Of a DNA stretch of 32,000 nucleotides, positions 18,826 through 29,299 are shown piece by piece. Numbering within the stretch: the first letter of the stretch is position 1; every line of letters begins with the position of its first letter. Made by a program: the position numbers and the translations under genes. Source of the DNA: Bermanella sp. WJH001. Lineage in GTDB: Bacteria > Pseudomonadota > Gammaproteobacteria > Pseudomonadales > Oceanobacteraceae. The notes beneath the pieces were generated by a model. That model did not search any database, had not been told where the DNA came from, and saw nothing but the letters and a program-made list of their open reading frames with translations. The stretch spans positions 965,511 to 997,510 of the forward strand of contig NZ_CP194951.1 of NCBI RefSeq assembly GCF_030070105.2, written 5' to 3'.

Positions 18826-18950
18826 AAAATGTCATACCTTTAAAGTCAGGTATCCAATGCAGATGGCCAATGGATTCATTCTTATATGGGGTGACAGCTT
18901 GCTCAATTTAATAACACTTAAATATACAAACCGCTGATAACGATAATAAT

Positions 18951-19262
18951 ATGGCCTTAGTTGACTCAATTAAACAACATGCTTGGAAGCCCTTCGCGCT
19001 GGTGGTTTTTATTTGGCTGCAATATCAATTGTGGTTTGATGAAACCGGTGTGTTTGCCAATTATGCGTTGAAAGATCAAATTGAAAATCAAGCTGAATTG
19101 AATCGTGCAGGTAAGGCTCGTAATCAAGTACTTGAAGAAGAAATTTGGTCAATTAAGTCGGGTATGGACAGTATCGAAGCTAAGGCTCGCAAAGAGCTAG
19201 GCATGATAAAAAAAGACGAAACCTTCTTTATTATTGTTGACCCGGATAACAAACATGAGTGA
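18951..19262 (+). CDS. ftsB: Cell division protein FtsB
   Basis: LWFDETGVFANYALKDQIENQ...IEAKARKELGMIKKDETFFIIV, upstream of ispD. Confidence 0.92.
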   Translation: MALVDSIKQHAWKPFALVVFIWLQYQLWFDETGVFANYALKDQIENQAELNRAGKARNQVLEEEIWSIKSGMDSIEAKARKELGMIKKDETFFIIVDPDNKHE

Positions 19263-19947
19263 TCAACTATACGCTGTTGTGCCCGCTGCGGGCATTGGTT
19301 CACGCATGCAGGCTGATCGACCTAAGCAGTATTTATCGATTTTAAATAACACCATTTTAGAGCATACCCTTAATCAGCTTTTGGGGTTTTCTGCGTTTAA
19401 AAAAATTATTTTACCCATAGCAAAGCATGACGACTTTTTTACAAAGTTAGAAATCTCGCAACACTCAAAAATTGATACCTGTTCAGGGGGCGCGGAGCGT
19501 TTTGAGTCAGTACTCAATGGTTTGACTAAGCTTTTGTCAATCGGTGCGAAAGAAAGTGACTGGGTAATGGTGCATGATGTGGCTCGCCCTTGTATTCGCC
19601 AACAGGATTTACAAGCCTTGTTTGAGCAGCGTAATACACAAGGTACCATTTTAGGTATGCAGGTACGCGACACCATGAAACGATGTGATGAACATGGTCG
19701 TATTATCACAACGGTTGAACGTGACAATCTTTGGCATGCTTTAACACCACAAATGGCCCCAATTGGTTTATTAAAAACCTGCATCGAAACCTGCATTTCA
19801 GATAATCATAATATTACCGATGAAGCCAGTGCCCTAGAATATTGTGGTTATCAACCCGTGATGGTGGCAGGTCATCCCAGCAATATAAAAGTAACTCGTC
19901 CCGATGATCTCATGATGGCGCAAGTGTTTTTACAGGAACAACAATGA
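19255..19947 (+). CDS. ispD: 2-C-methyl-D-erythritol 4-phosphate cytidylyltransferase
   Basis: [23 protein letters not shown]...[10 protein letters not shown]...[11 protein letters not shown]; ATG at 19255 overlaps ftsB. Confidence 0.95.
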   Translation: MSDQLYAVVPAAGIGSRMQADRPKQYLSILNNTILEHTLNQLLGFSAFKKIILPIAKHDDFFTKLEISQHSKIDTCSGGAERFESVLNGLTKLLSIGAKESDWVMVHDVARPCIRQQDLQALFEQRNTQGTILGMQVRDTMKRCDEHGRIITTVERDNLWHALTPQMAPIGLLKTCIETCISDNHNITDEASALEYCGYQPVMVAGHPSNIKVTRPDDLMMAQVFLQEQQ

Positions 19948-20453
19948 TGACTTTTCGTATCGGCCATGGTTTTGATGTACATAAGTTTTCAGAACCTAAA
20001 ACCAATGCCAACATAATGATATGCGGTGTGGCCATTCCTTATGAGTGTGAATTAGTGGCACACAGTGATGGCGATGTAGCATTACATGCGCTTTGTGATG
20101 CGTTGTTAGGTGCGGCGGCGTTAGGGGATATTGGTCATCATTTTCCAGATACCGATCCGGCATTCAAAGGCGCAGATTCCCGCGTGTTGTTGCGTACCGT
20201 TATGACCGAAATTCAGAAAAAAAATTATGCCATTAATAATGTGGATATCACGATTATGGCGCAGGCGCCAAAAATGGCCCCACATATTCAAACCATGCGT
20301 GCCACCATTGCTCAAGATTTAAAACTGGATTTAGATCAGGTTAATGTGAAAGCCACGACAACCGAGAAATTGGGTTTTGTAGGAAGAAAAGAAGGGATCG
20401 CAGTAGAAGCGGTGGCCCTAATTCATAAACTCGATCACAAGCCATCAGCCTAA
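19944..20453 (+). CDS. ispF: 2-C-methyl-D-erythritol 2,4-cyclodiphosphate synthase
   Basis: [11 protein letters not shown]...[42 protein letters not shown]. Confidence 0.97.
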   Translation: MMTFRIGHGFDVHKFSEPKTNANIMICGVAIPYECELVAHSDGDVALHALCDALLGAAALGDIGHHFPDTDPAFKGADSRVLLRTVMTEIQKKNYAINNVDITIMAQAPKMAPHIQTMRATIAQDLKLDLDQVNVKATTTEKLGFVGRKEGIAVEAVALIHKLDHKPSA

Positions 20454-20462
20454 GGCAATGCC

Positions 20463-21524
20463 ATGACAGATTTTACCGTAAATTGGCCAACGGCTTATCC
20501 AAAACTGGATGTGACCGCAGAGTTTCGCACATTTGATGAAGATTTTTTGGTAAGTGAAATCACCAACCGTAAACTGCATGAAAGTGGCCCTCACTTATAT
20601 TTGCAAATAGAAAAGCGTGGTGCCAATACACAATGGTTAGCCCGTCAACTTGCTAATCATGCCAAGCTAGATTTAAAAGATGTAGGTTATGCAGGTTTAA
20701 AAGATCGCCATGCTGTTACGCGACAATGGTTTAGTCTACCGATTAAAAATACTGAGCCCGATCTTACTCATTTATTTTCTAAAGAAGAGTTCACGCTATT
20801 AGCCAAAGGTTATTATGGTGTGAAATTAAAACGCGGTGCTCTAGGGGGTAATGCATTTCGAATCGTGTTGCGCAACGTGCAGGGTGATCAAGCTAGCATT
20901 AATCAGCGATTGGAGTTAATTCGCAACCAAGGTGTGCCCAATTATTTTGGTGAGCAGCGTTTTGGTCATGACTTTGAAAACCTGAAGCAAGCTCAGCATT
21001 TATTTGAAACAGGCAAGCGTCCACGTAATCGTCAAAAAGCCTCCATGTATATGTCGGCCGCCCGTTCATACCTGTTTAATAATATGTTGGCAAAACGGAT
21101 TGAAGAAAATTGTTGGGACACTCCAATTAATGGTGAAGTGTTTGGTTTTGCTGGCAGCTTACGCGGTTTTATTCAAGAAAATACCTCTGAAGAACGTACG
21201 CGGTTACGTGAACAGCGTATTCATCCAAGTTGTGCGTTATGGGGCAAGGGTGACAGTCTAAGCCAAACAGACCTTCTTGCACTTGAGCAAGAGCAAGCAC
21301 AACGGTTTCCTGTATTAGCGGCAGGCTTAGAAAAACAAGGCATGAAACAAGAGCGACGTGCCACGCGAATGTTGTTACCGGATTTATTTTGGCATTGGCT
21401 TGATGACAGCACATTGGTGCTGCGTTTTAATTTAGCTTCGGGTTACTTTGCCACTTCAGTTTTACGGGAGTTAGGCGTGATCACGCAGGCTCAACGGGAT
21501 ATTGAAAACGAGTCCTTGGAATAG
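20463..21524 (+). CDS. truD: tRNA pseudouridine(13) synthase TruD
   Basis: GYAGLKDRHAVTRQWFSL, GNAFRIVLR, QRFG, ARSYLFNNMLAKR. Confidence 0.95.
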   Translation: MTDFTVNWPTAYPKLDVTAEFRTFDEDFLVSEITNRKLHESGPHLYLQIEKRGANTQWLARQLANHAKLDLKDVGYAGLKDRHAVTRQWFSLPIKNTEPDLTHLFSKEEFTLLAKGYYGVKLKRGALGGNAFRIVLRNVQGDQASINQRLELIRNQGVPNYFGEQRFGHDFENLKQAQHLFETGKRPRNRQKASMYMSAARSYLFNNMLAKRIEENCWDTPINGEVFGFAGSLRGFIQENTSEERTRLREQRIHPSCALWGKGDSLSQTDLLALEQEQAQRFPVLAAGLEKQGMKQERRATRMLLPDLFWHWLDDSTLVLRFNLASGYFATSVLRELGVITQAQRDIENESLE

Positions 21525-21529
21525 AATTG

Positions 21530-22267
21530 ATGAAACTATTACTCAGTAATGATGACGGGGTTCATGCAAAAGGCCTGACCGTATTAAGACAGTTTTGCCA
21601 GCAAGCGGGTTGGGATGTGCAAGTGATTGCCCCCGATCGTGATCGCAGTGGAGCCAGTAACTCGTTAACACTTACGCGTCCATTATCCCCTTTATATTTA
21701 GCCGATGGTGCCATCAGTATTGATGGCACGCCCACTGACTGTGTGCATCTAGGGTTAAATACCTTGTGTCCTTACCCTCCTGAGCGCGTCATCGCCGGTA
21801 TTAATGCGGGCCCAAATCTAGGCGATGATGTGATTTATTCTGGGACCGTGGCAGCTGCCATGGAGGGGCGTTTTCTAGATTTACCACCTTTGGCTATATC
21901 ATTGGCAGGCAAACATCATTATGAAACCGCAGCACAAGTATTGATTGAGCTCTTACCCAAGTTGCATGTTTTACAGTTAGCCCCGCGCACATTATTAAAT
22001 ATTAATGTGCCGGATGTACCATATGCTGAATTAGCTGGCACACAAATCACGCGATTGGGTCATCGCCAACGTAGTGATAATCCGGTGCATGCACAAAACC
22101 CCCGTGGCAAAGAATGTTATTGGATTAACGCACAAGGTAAAGGTGCGGATGCGGGCCCGGGAACGGATTTTTATGCCATTGCTCACAACATGGTTTCGAT
22201 TACACCTATTCAAGTGGATATGACAGGCCACGAAAGCATAGATGCGCTGAAGGAAGTATTGTTATGA
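21530..22267 (+). CDS. surE: 5'/3'-nucleotidase SurE
   Basis: LLLSNDDGVHAKGL...DRDRSGASNSLTL...GTPTDCVHL...INAGPNLGDDVIYSGTVAAAMEG. Confidence 0.97.
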   Translation: MKLLLSNDDGVHAKGLTVLRQFCQQAGWDVQVIAPDRDRSGASNSLTLTRPLSPLYLADGAISIDGTPTDCVHLGLNTLCPYPPERVIAGINAGPNLGDDVIYSGTVAAAMEGRFLDLPPLAISLAGKHHYETAAQVLIELLPKLHVLQLAPRTLLNINVPDVPYAELAGTQITRLGHRQRSDNPVHAQNPRGKECYWINAQGKGADAGPGTDFYAIAHNMVSITPIQVDMTGHESIDALKEVLL

Positions 22268-22929
22268 CACCGTTGCAATTACAAGGCATCGGCATGACCA
22301 GCCAACGCACGCGGGATCGTTTAATTACCCGTTTAAAAGAAAAAGGCATTAAGAACCAACAGGTACTTGAAGTCATGGCCAATACGCCGCGTCATTTATT
22401 TATTGATGAGGCACTGAGTCATAAAGCTTACGAAGATACCGCACTGCCCATCGGTTATGGTCAGACCATTAGCCAGCCGTATACCGTTGCAAAAATGACG
22501 GAGATTATCTTGGCAGCCGGTGAATTGGATAACGTCTTGGAAATCGGCACGGGCTGCGGTTACCAAACTTTAGTGCTGTCACAGTTGGTGCGCCGAGTGT
22601 ATAGCGTTGAGCGCATTGAACCCTTACAGAAAAAAGCAAAAGAGCGTATGCAATTATTGCGAGTAAATAATGTGCGCTTTCAACACTCTGATGGTAATTG
22701 GGGCTGGCCAGATGAAGGCCCATTTGATGCCATTTTATCCTGTGCAGCTCCTGAAACCATTCCCATGGATTTAGTGTCACAGTTAAAAATTGGTGGTCGC
22801 TTGTTAATGCCAGTGGGCCCTGATGGTAAACAAATGCTGCATTTATTAATTCGTGAAGAAGATGGTGTAACCAAAAAAATAATTGAGCCGGTGAACTTTG
22901 TACCCATGCTTAGTGGCACTCAAAAATAA
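22264..22929 (+). CDS. pcm: Protein-L-isoaspartate O-methyltransferase
   Basis: MTSQRTRDRLI...PRHLFIDEAL...ALPIGYGQTISQPYTVAKMTE...VLEIGTGCGYQT. Confidence 0.95.
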   Translation: MTPLQLQGIGMTSQRTRDRLITRLKEKGIKNQQVLEVMANTPRHLFIDEALSHKAYEDTALPIGYGQTISQPYTVAKMTEIILAAGELDNVLEIGTGCGYQTLVLSQLVRRVYSVERIEPLQKKAKERMQLLRVNNVRFQHSDGNWGWPDEGPFDAILSCAAPETIPMDLVSQLKIGGRLLMPVGPDGKQMLHLLIREEDGVTKKIIEPVNFVPMLSGTQK

Positions 22930-22974
22930 TAACCGCAACTGTGATAACCAATAAAAGCGGTACTAAGGAAGAAC

Positions 22975-23871
22975 ATGATAGGTAATTTTTTTAGAGGCAT
23001 GGCCATGGGAGCGGCAGATATCGTCCCTGGCGTATCGGGTGGCACCATTGCGTTATTGACCGGTATCTATGAACGCCTCATTAGTGCCATTAAAAGTGTG
23101 GGCTGGGATACCTTGGTTACGCTTAAGCAAAAAGGCATCAAGGCCGCTTGGCAGCAAATCGACGGCACGTTTTTGTTAAGTATTCTTTTTGGTGCTGCTA
23201 CTAGCATCATTTTATTATCTAAAGTGCTGCATTATTTAATAGAAACTCAGCCCATTATGTTGTGGTCGTTTTTCTTTGGTCTGGTGTTAGCGTCTGTTGC
23301 CTATGTGGTCAAACAAGTGGATAGCTGGAATCCGGCTCGTATTTTACTGCTTGTTTTGGGCACCATAGTGGCGGCATTTATTAGTTTATCTCAAGCCACT
23401 GAAATAGAAGTCACCTCGTTTAGCCTATTCTTTGCCGGCTCCATTGCCATATGTGCCATGATTTTGCCGGGTATTTCTGGCAGTTTCATCTTATTACTAA
23501 TGGGGATGTACGGTTTTATAATCGGGGCGGTGAAAAGTTTTGATCTGGTTAGCCTAGGGATTTTTGCTAGCGGTTGCCTTGTGGGCATCATGTTATTTTC
23601 GCGGGTGTTATCTTGGTTATTACAGCACTTCCATAGTGCCACCATGGCCGTTTTAAGCGGTTTTATGCTGGGTGCCCTAGTGAAGTTGTGGCCTTGGAAG
23701 GCAGTATTAAGCTATCGCACTAATAGTGCTGGTGATCAGGTGCCATTTATTGAAACCCCAGTGTGGCCGTGGTTGCACCAAGATCCTCAGATTATCTTGG
23801 CAATCGTAGCCGTTATCATTGGCTTTTCTATTGTGTTTGTTATGGATAGACTGTTAAAAAACACAAAATAG
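22975..23871 (+). CDS. DUF368 family membrane protein
   Basis: MGAADIVPGVSGGTIALLTGIYERLI and GISGSFILLLMGMY, characteristic of DUF368 proteins. Confidence 0.88.
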   Translation: MIGNFFRGMAMGAADIVPGVSGGTIALLTGIYERLISAIKSVGWDTLVTLKQKGIKAAWQQIDGTFLLSILFGAATSIILLSKVLHYLIETQPIMLWSFFFGLVLASVAYVVKQVDSWNPARILLLVLGTIVAAFISLSQATEIEVTSFSLFFAGSIAICAMILPGISGSFILLLMGMYGFIIGAVKSFDLVSLGIFASGCLVGIMLFSRVLSWLLQHFHSATMAVLSGFMLGALVKLWPWKAVLSYRTNSAGDQVPFIETPVWPWLHQDPQIILAIVAVIIGFSIVFVMDRLLKNTK

Positions 23872-24050
23872 TATAAAAAATACACGCTAGTTAACCGAGT
23901 CAAAAGACTACAAATAGCAAATTTGCCAGCAGAAAATTGGCAAAGACTGAAAAGAAGTGTTACGAAATGTGAACTAACTCTTTTTTTTAGACGATTTTCA
24001 AATATAGCGGTAATGTTTGAGAATACATACCTATTAAAACAAAAAAGAAA

Positions 24051-24869
24051 ATGGATGAGAGCCTAGTGCAAATACTCAAGTGTCAAAAAATCCATCAAAT
24101 TAGGGTATTCACTCAAATACCTGCGCTAATCGTCATAAGTGTGATGCTTGCAGTGCTTTCTGGCTGCGCTGGTTTTGTCTCGGTTGAGCAAAAATTCGAC
24201 CCTGTTTCAGGGGATCGAAACACTCACATTGTGCAAAAAAGCGAGACCTTATTCTCCCTTGCATGGCGCTATGGCTGGGATTACAAAGCGTTAGCAAGTG
24301 CTAACAACATTTCTTACCCCTATACCATTTACCCAGGCCAAAAACTCACCATTCGTCAGAGTGAATATGCTTCAGCCAGTGATTTTTCAAGCAGTAGCAA
24401 AAGTTTGACGAAAAACAAGAGTACAAAAAATAGCCATGGCCCAAGTGCTTATAAAAATAGCCCGCAAGCGCCAAAACAGGTGGTTACTCAAGGCAGTTTG
24501 AATTGGAGCTGGCCTGCAAAAGGTGAGGTAATCGCCAAATTCTCAACGAAAGCACCTACCAACAAGGGGATTGATATCAGCGGGTCCTTGGGAGAATCTG
24601 TGTTTGCGGCAGCGGCCGGTTCAGTTGTGTATGCAGGTAGTGGGTTACTTGGATACGGCAACTTGGTAATCATAAAACACGACGACCAATTCCTAAGTGC
24701 CTATGCACATAACAAAGAATTATTGGTCAAAGAGAACCAAGAAGTTAAAGCTGGACAGACAATTGCCGAAATAGGATCTAGTGGCACAGATAAAGTGAAG
24801 CTTCACTTTGAAATACGCCACAAAGGGAAACCGGTAGACCCATTGAAATATCTTCCTAGGGCGAAATAA
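24051..24869 (+). CDS. nlpD: LysM/M23 peptidase-domain lipoprotein NlpD
   Basis: Lipobox VLSGC, LysM YTIYPGQKLTI, M23-like NKGIDISGSLGESVFAAAAGSVVYAGSGLLGYGNLVIIKH; directly before rpoS. Confidence 0.92.
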   Translation: MDESLVQILKCQKIHQIRVFTQIPALIVISVMLAVLSGCAGFVSVEQKFDPVSGDRNTHIVQKSETLFSLAWRYGWDYKALASANNISYPYTIYPGQKLTIRQSEYASASDFSSSSKSLTKNKSTKNSHGPSAYKNSPQAPKQVVTQGSLNWSWPAKGEVIAKFSTKAPTNKGIDISGSLGESVFAAAAGSVVYAGSGLLGYGNLVIIKHDDQFLSAYAHNKELLVKENQEVKAGQTIAEIGSSGTDKVKLHFEIRHKGKPVDPLKYLPRAK

Positions 24870-24992
24870 TGAAATCGCCATAGAAGATTGGGTCAAAAAT
24901 TATTTTTTTTGTTGGAAAGTTGGAACAGCTTTTGAATAGTCAAAGCAAAGTGACAACATAACAACAAATAAACATTGGCGGGGCAATTAGCT

Positions 24993-25964
24993 ATGGCAGC
25001 TATCAAGGGACTTAAAAAAAACGAAGCAGATTCTGACTTAGCACTTGTAGACGCTGAAGAAGAAACGGCAGAAAAAGAAGAAGTGATTGAAGAAATTGCA
25101 CAAGATACGGAAGTGCAGAAAAACCTAGATGCAACTCAGTTATATTTAAATGAAATTGGCTTTTCGCCACTACTGACTCCAGAAGAAGAAGTACACTTTG
25201 CACGCCTTGCTCGTAAAGGGGACGAAAAAGGCCGCAAACGTATGATTGAAAGTAACCTTCGCCTAGTTGTTAAAATATCACGTCGTTATGTTAATCGCGG
25301 TTTAACTCTTTTAGACCTAATTGAAGAAGGTAATCTTGGCCTAATTCGCGCGGTTGAAAAATTTGATCCAGAACGCGGTTTCCGCTTTTCAACCTACGCC
25401 ACTTGGTGGATTCGTCAAACCATTGAACGAGCCATCATGAATCAGACTCGTACCATCCGTTTACCCATTCATGTTGTTAAAGAATTGAATGTGTATTTAC
25501 GCGCCGCCCGCGAATTGACTCAAAAATTAGACCATGAGCCAAGTGCTGAAGAAATAGCAGAATTATTAGAAAAACCAGTGAGCGATGTAAAACGCATGCT
25601 GGGCTTAAATGAACGTGTCACCTCGGTGGACTCTCCTCTGGGTTACAACAGTGAAAAATCGGTATTAGATACCATTGCAGATGAGTCCATTAGTGACCCT
25701 TGCCAAGTCCTACAAGACGATGACATCAGCTCAAGCCTTGACCAATGGCTTGATGATCTGACTGAAAAACAACGTGAAGTGATTTCCCGCCGTTTTGGCC
25801 TTAGGGGATATGAAACCAGCACACTAGAAGAAGTTGGCCATGAGATCGGTTTGACCCGTGAACGTGTTCGCCAAATTCAAGTAGAAGCCTTAAAACGCAT
25901 GCGCGAAATTATGGAAAAACACGGCCTAAATGCCAGTGCCATATTTGGCGTGCAAGAAGCGTAA
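24993..25964 (+). CDS. rpoS: RNA polymerase sigma factor RpoS
   Basis: [32 protein letters not shown]...[74 protein letters not shown] at 24993. Confidence 0.97.
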   Translation: MAAIKGLKKNEADSDLALVDAEEETAEKEEVIEEIAQDTEVQKNLDATQLYLNEIGFSPLLTPEEEVHFARLARKGDEKGRKRMIESNLRLVVKISRRYVNRGLTLLDLIEEGNLGLIRAVEKFDPERGFRFSTYATWWIRQTIERAIMNQTRTIRLPIHVVKELNVYLRAARELTQKLDHEPSAEEIAELLEKPVSDVKRMLGLNERVTSVDSPLGYNSEKSVLDTIADESISDPCQVLQDDDISSSLDQWLDDLTEKQREVISRRFGLRGYETSTLEEVGHEIGLTRERVRQIQVEALKRMREIMEKHGLNASAIFGVQEA

Positions 25965-25995
25965 CCGAACATACTCATCGATTCGAGTGTATTTG

Positions 25996-26022
25996 AACCC
26001 GCCCTAGTTGGCGGGTTTTTTT
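25996..26022 (+). terminator. Rho-independent terminator after rpoS
   Basis: AACCCCGCC CTAGTT GGCGGGTT followed by T run. Confidence 0.85.
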
Positions 26023-26255
26023 ATTCCTGTTTTATAACTGAACCATTTTGCCACTGGAGCCGCCCCTCTTGACGACCTCAAGCTAAAAAACAAACCCCCA
26101 AGGCTCATAATCATCAAGCCTGAAAAATACAGTCATGAGTAATTTAAGCGCGCAAGGCTAATAAGCAATTACAGATAAGGGCTGTCTTAATGACGGGTTT
26201 TTTCATGGTGTGGCTTAATGCTATGATGTGCCTCTAAATAAAAGGTAAGTGTTAT

Positions 26256-26633
26256 ATGTCTAAATCTTTCGAAGCTCAGGGTGTTGTTCATTCCATCGGT
26301 GCCACCACAGAATACGGTAACAACGGCTTTACTAAGCGTGAGTTTGTCATCCAGTTAACCGGTGATGGCGAAAACCCAGATTACCCAAATTTTGTCGCTT
26401 TAGAGTTAATCAAAGACAAGTGTGCACTTATGGATAATTACAACATTGGTGATGAGATCACTGTGCACTTCAACCTATCTGGACGTCTATGGAACGCCCC
26501 TGGCAAGCCAGAGAAATGTTTTACTAGTCTACAAGCATGGCGCATTGAAAGTGGCGCACAGGCTCAACAAGGGGCGCCAGCGTTTGATCAGTCACAGCCA
26601 GGTCACGGCTTTGATGACGACGTACCGTTTTAG
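26256..26633 (+). CDS. DUF3127-like protein (ssDNA-binding-protein-like fold)
   Basis: FEAQGVVHSIGATTEY...KREFVIQLTG...YPNFVALELIKDKCALMDNYNIGDEITVHFNLSGRLWN...KCFTSLQAWRIE. Confidence 0.75.
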   Translation: MSKSFEAQGVVHSIGATTEYGNNGFTKREFVIQLTGDGENPDYPNFVALELIKDKCALMDNYNIGDEITVHFNLSGRLWNAPGKPEKCFTSLQAWRIESGAQAQQGAPAFDQSQPGHGFDDDVPF

Positions 26634-26650
26634 AGGTCACCTATGATAAT

Positions 26651-26676
26651 AGCCGCCATGCCAAGGGCGGCTTTTA
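26651..26676 (+). terminator. Rho-independent terminator
   Basis: AGCCGCC...GGCGGCT followed by TTTATT. Confidence 0.75.
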
Positions 26677-26772
26677 TTCTTCGAGGTATGTGAAATTCAT
26701 ATGCTCTTAGTAGTGCCAATCGAGCACATTTGGTAAGCTGAGCTATTAATCTGTACCTGCTGAGCCTTTGTT

Positions 26773-28410
26773 ATGCCCATCGAAATTGCTATTTACGCTG
26801 CCATCATCGCGACATTTTCCACTGGTGTATTTATTATGCACCGCCAGTTTGCCCAACAACGCCAAGCCTTTTTGCAAGAAAAACAGGCACTGGAGCAAGT
26901 TAACCAAGGGCTGGTTCACAACCAAGAGCAATACCGCAATCAGTTACAACAGGTTCAAACCCAGCTTGCCTTAAGTGAAAATCAAGCAGACAACAGCAAG
27001 CAGCAGCTTCAGCAAGTGCAACAAAGCTTGCAGCAAGCTCAAACTCAATTAGAACTAAACCGTAGCCAATTAAGCCAAGCCGAAGGCCAGCTTAAGCATC
27101 AACAAGCCACATTAGAACAACGTGAACTGGATGTGCAAAAGCTTGCGCAAAAAGAAGCTTTAATAGAGACGCTCAATACCCAATTGAGTGACCTAAAAAC
27201 CCAGCTCAACCAAGAACAAGTGGAGCGTCAAAAAGATCAGCAAAATCTTGAAGAGAAGCTTGAATTGCTGCAAGCCAATAAAGCCCAATTGAGTCAAGAA
27301 TTTGAAAACCTATCTAATAAAATATTTGAAGAGAAAAACAAACAATTCAAACAAACCTCACAAGAAGGTTTGAGTAGTTTATTAAACCCATTTAAAGACC
27401 AACTTGAAGGCTTACGTAAAAAAGTAGATGACGTTTACGTAGAAGAAAGTAAAGACCGTGCTGCTCTTAAAGCTCAAATTGGCGAGTTACATAATTTAAA
27501 TAAGCAAATCACAGAAGAAGCGGCCTCATTGGCGCGGGCGTTACGTGGTGAAAAGAAAACCCAAGGTAACTGGGGCGAACTAGTTTTAGAAACCGTATTG
27601 GAAAAATCCGGTTTGCGCCAAGGTGAAGAATTTACCCGTGAAAAAAGCATTAATAATGACGAGGGTACGCGTTATCGCCCAGACGTTATTATTAACTTAC
27701 CAGAAGATAAACATATTGTGGTGGATGCTAAAGTATCTTTAAACGCCTACACAGATTACATCAATGCAGAAAACGATGCAGACCGTATACGCTTTCTAAA
27801 GCAACATGTAGATGCGGTGCGTATGCACATTAAAACGCTGGCCGATAAGTCTTACGCTAAATTACCAGGTGTAAATAGTCCGGATTTTGTTTTCATGTTT
27901 ATGCCAATTGAACCGGCTTTTATGATTGCATTTGAGCATGATGATAAATTATTTAATGACGCGTTTGAGCAACGTATTGTGGTGGTAACGCCAACCACCT
28001 TATTGGCCAGTTTGCGTACGGTTTCCAGCTTATGGAGTATTGAGCGTCAAAATAAGAGCGCCAAACAGTTAGCGGATCAAGCTGCAAAAGTGCATGACAA
28101 GTTAGTCGGTTTTGTCGAAAGTATGGAGAAAGTCGGTGCCCAGTTACATACCGTACAAGGAACCTACGATAAAGCGTGGAGCCAACTTAAAGAAGGCCGT
28201 GGTAACTTAATAAGCCAAGCCCATAAATTCAAAGACCTAGGTGTGCGCACGAAAAAAGAATTATCGTCACAGGTGACCGAGTCCGCTGAACTTGAGTTTG
28301 AAGATGACGAAGCAAAAAGCCTTGTCATAGAAAAACCGAAGGCCAAAAAAGATAAACACGCCGACAGTGCGGTTATCCCACAAACGGCATTTGAATTAAG
28401 CGATGATTAA
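26773..28410 (+). CDS. rmuC: DNA recombination protein RmuC
   Basis: N-terminal TM and long coiled-coil; GNWGELVLETVLEKSGLRQGEEFTREKS...RPDVIINLPEDKHIVVDAKVSLNAYTDYINAE. Confidence 0.95.
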   Translation: MPIEIAIYAAIIATFSTGVFIMHRQFAQQRQAFLQEKQALEQVNQGLVHNQEQYRNQLQQVQTQLALSENQADNSKQQLQQVQQSLQQAQTQLELNRSQLSQAEGQLKHQQATLEQRELDVQKLAQKEALIETLNTQLSDLKTQLNQEQVERQKDQQNLEEKLELLQANKAQLSQEFENLSNKIFEEKNKQFKQTSQEGLSSLLNPFKDQLEGLRKKVDDVYVEESKDRAALKAQIGELHNLNKQITEEAASLARALRGEKKTQGNWGELVLETVLEKSGLRQGEEFTREKSINNDEGTRYRPDVIINLPEDKHIVVDAKVSLNAYTDYINAENDADRIRFLKQHVDAVRMHIKTLADKSYAKLPGVNSPDFVFMFMPIEPAFMIAFEHDDKLFNDAFEQRIVVVTPTTLLASLRTVSSLWSIERQNKSAKQLADQAAKVHDKLVGFVESMEKVGAQLHTVQGTYDKAWSQLKEGRGNLISQAHKFKDLGVRTKKELSSQVTESAELEFEDDEAKSLVIEKPKAKKDKHADSAVIPQTAFELSDD

Positions 28411-28450
28411 ATCAAGATAGTTTGAATCTTCTATATTAAAAGGATGTTGT

Positions 28451-29299
28451 ATGGCGAGTCACTTAACCGAAAAAGAAAGTAATTCTGTCATTGATCAAAA
28501 GCGTTTTGCATTTTTAGAGTTGCTTTTAATTTGGGAAGGGCGCATTCAGCCAAAACACCTTGCACAACAATTTGAGCTAGGCGAAAAGCTCGCCAAGCAT
28601 GTTATTCAAAAGTATAAAAACCTTTACCCTGAAAATATTCAATATCACGGTGCCAGTGATAGTTATCAGGCCGGTTTAAATATGCTGGCACAATTTACAA
28701 ATGGCACGTTGCAAGAATACATGCAGTATATGGCCAATACTGAAACCGTATCCAGTTTAGAGTTGCCTAATCGGAATTTACAACCTGCATTAGTGCGTCC
28801 TATCTTACAAGCCATCCGCGAAAAATTGAGATTAAAGATTGGATATGCATCGGTCTCAAACCCTAATTTCGTAGAGCGTGTTATCCAACCCCACCATTTG
28901 GTATTTGACGGTATGCGTTGGCATGTTCGTGGTTATTGTGAAAACAATCAGGGCTACCGTGATTTTGTATTGAGTCGCTTTCAGCCTGACACACCTGCAC
29001 AATTGTTGGATGGTGCAGACCAGTTTGATATTCAAGATGAGGTTTGGCACAACCTGTTAAACGTTGAGTTTATGCCGGACCCAAGGTTAGATGAGAATCG
29101 CGCTCGCATTATTGCATTAGATTACGACATGCCGCTTACCAGTCATGGATATCGTAAAACGCAACAAGTACGCCAAGCTTTGTTGATGTATTGGGTGCAG
29201 CGTATGGGCCTGAATCAATATCATAACAATCCACAAGCACAGCAGATTATTTTGACGCCCGAATGTGATCAGGCGTTGAAAGAGTATTTACCCAGCTAA
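28451..29299 (+). CDS. WYL-domain transcriptional regulator, BrxR/CapW-like
   Basis: N-terminal wHTH-like region (RFAFLELLLIWEGRIQPKHLAQQFELGEKLAKHVIQKYKNL) and WYL core IQPHHLVFDGMRWHVRGYCENNQGYRDFVLSRF. Confidence 0.78.
   Translation: MASHLTEKESNSVIDQKRFAFLELLLIWEGRIQPKHLAQQFELGEKLAKHVIQKYKNLYPENIQYHGASDSYQAGLNMLAQFTNGTLQEYMQYMANTETVSSLELPNRNLQPALVRPILQAIREKLRLKIGYASVSNPNFVERVIQPHHLVFDGMRWHVRGYCENNQGYRDFVLSRFQPDTPAQLLDGADQFDIQDEVWHNLLNVEFMPDPRLDENRARIIALDYDMPLTSHGYRKTQQVRQALLMYWVQRMGLNQYHNNPQAQQIILTPECDQALKEYLPS

Noticed and set aside
26023-26255. RsmZ-like small RNA downstream of rpoS, as in Pseudomonas
   Set aside because: Neither strand shows the repeated GGA-in-loop pattern expected for an Rsm/Csr-sequestering RNA.
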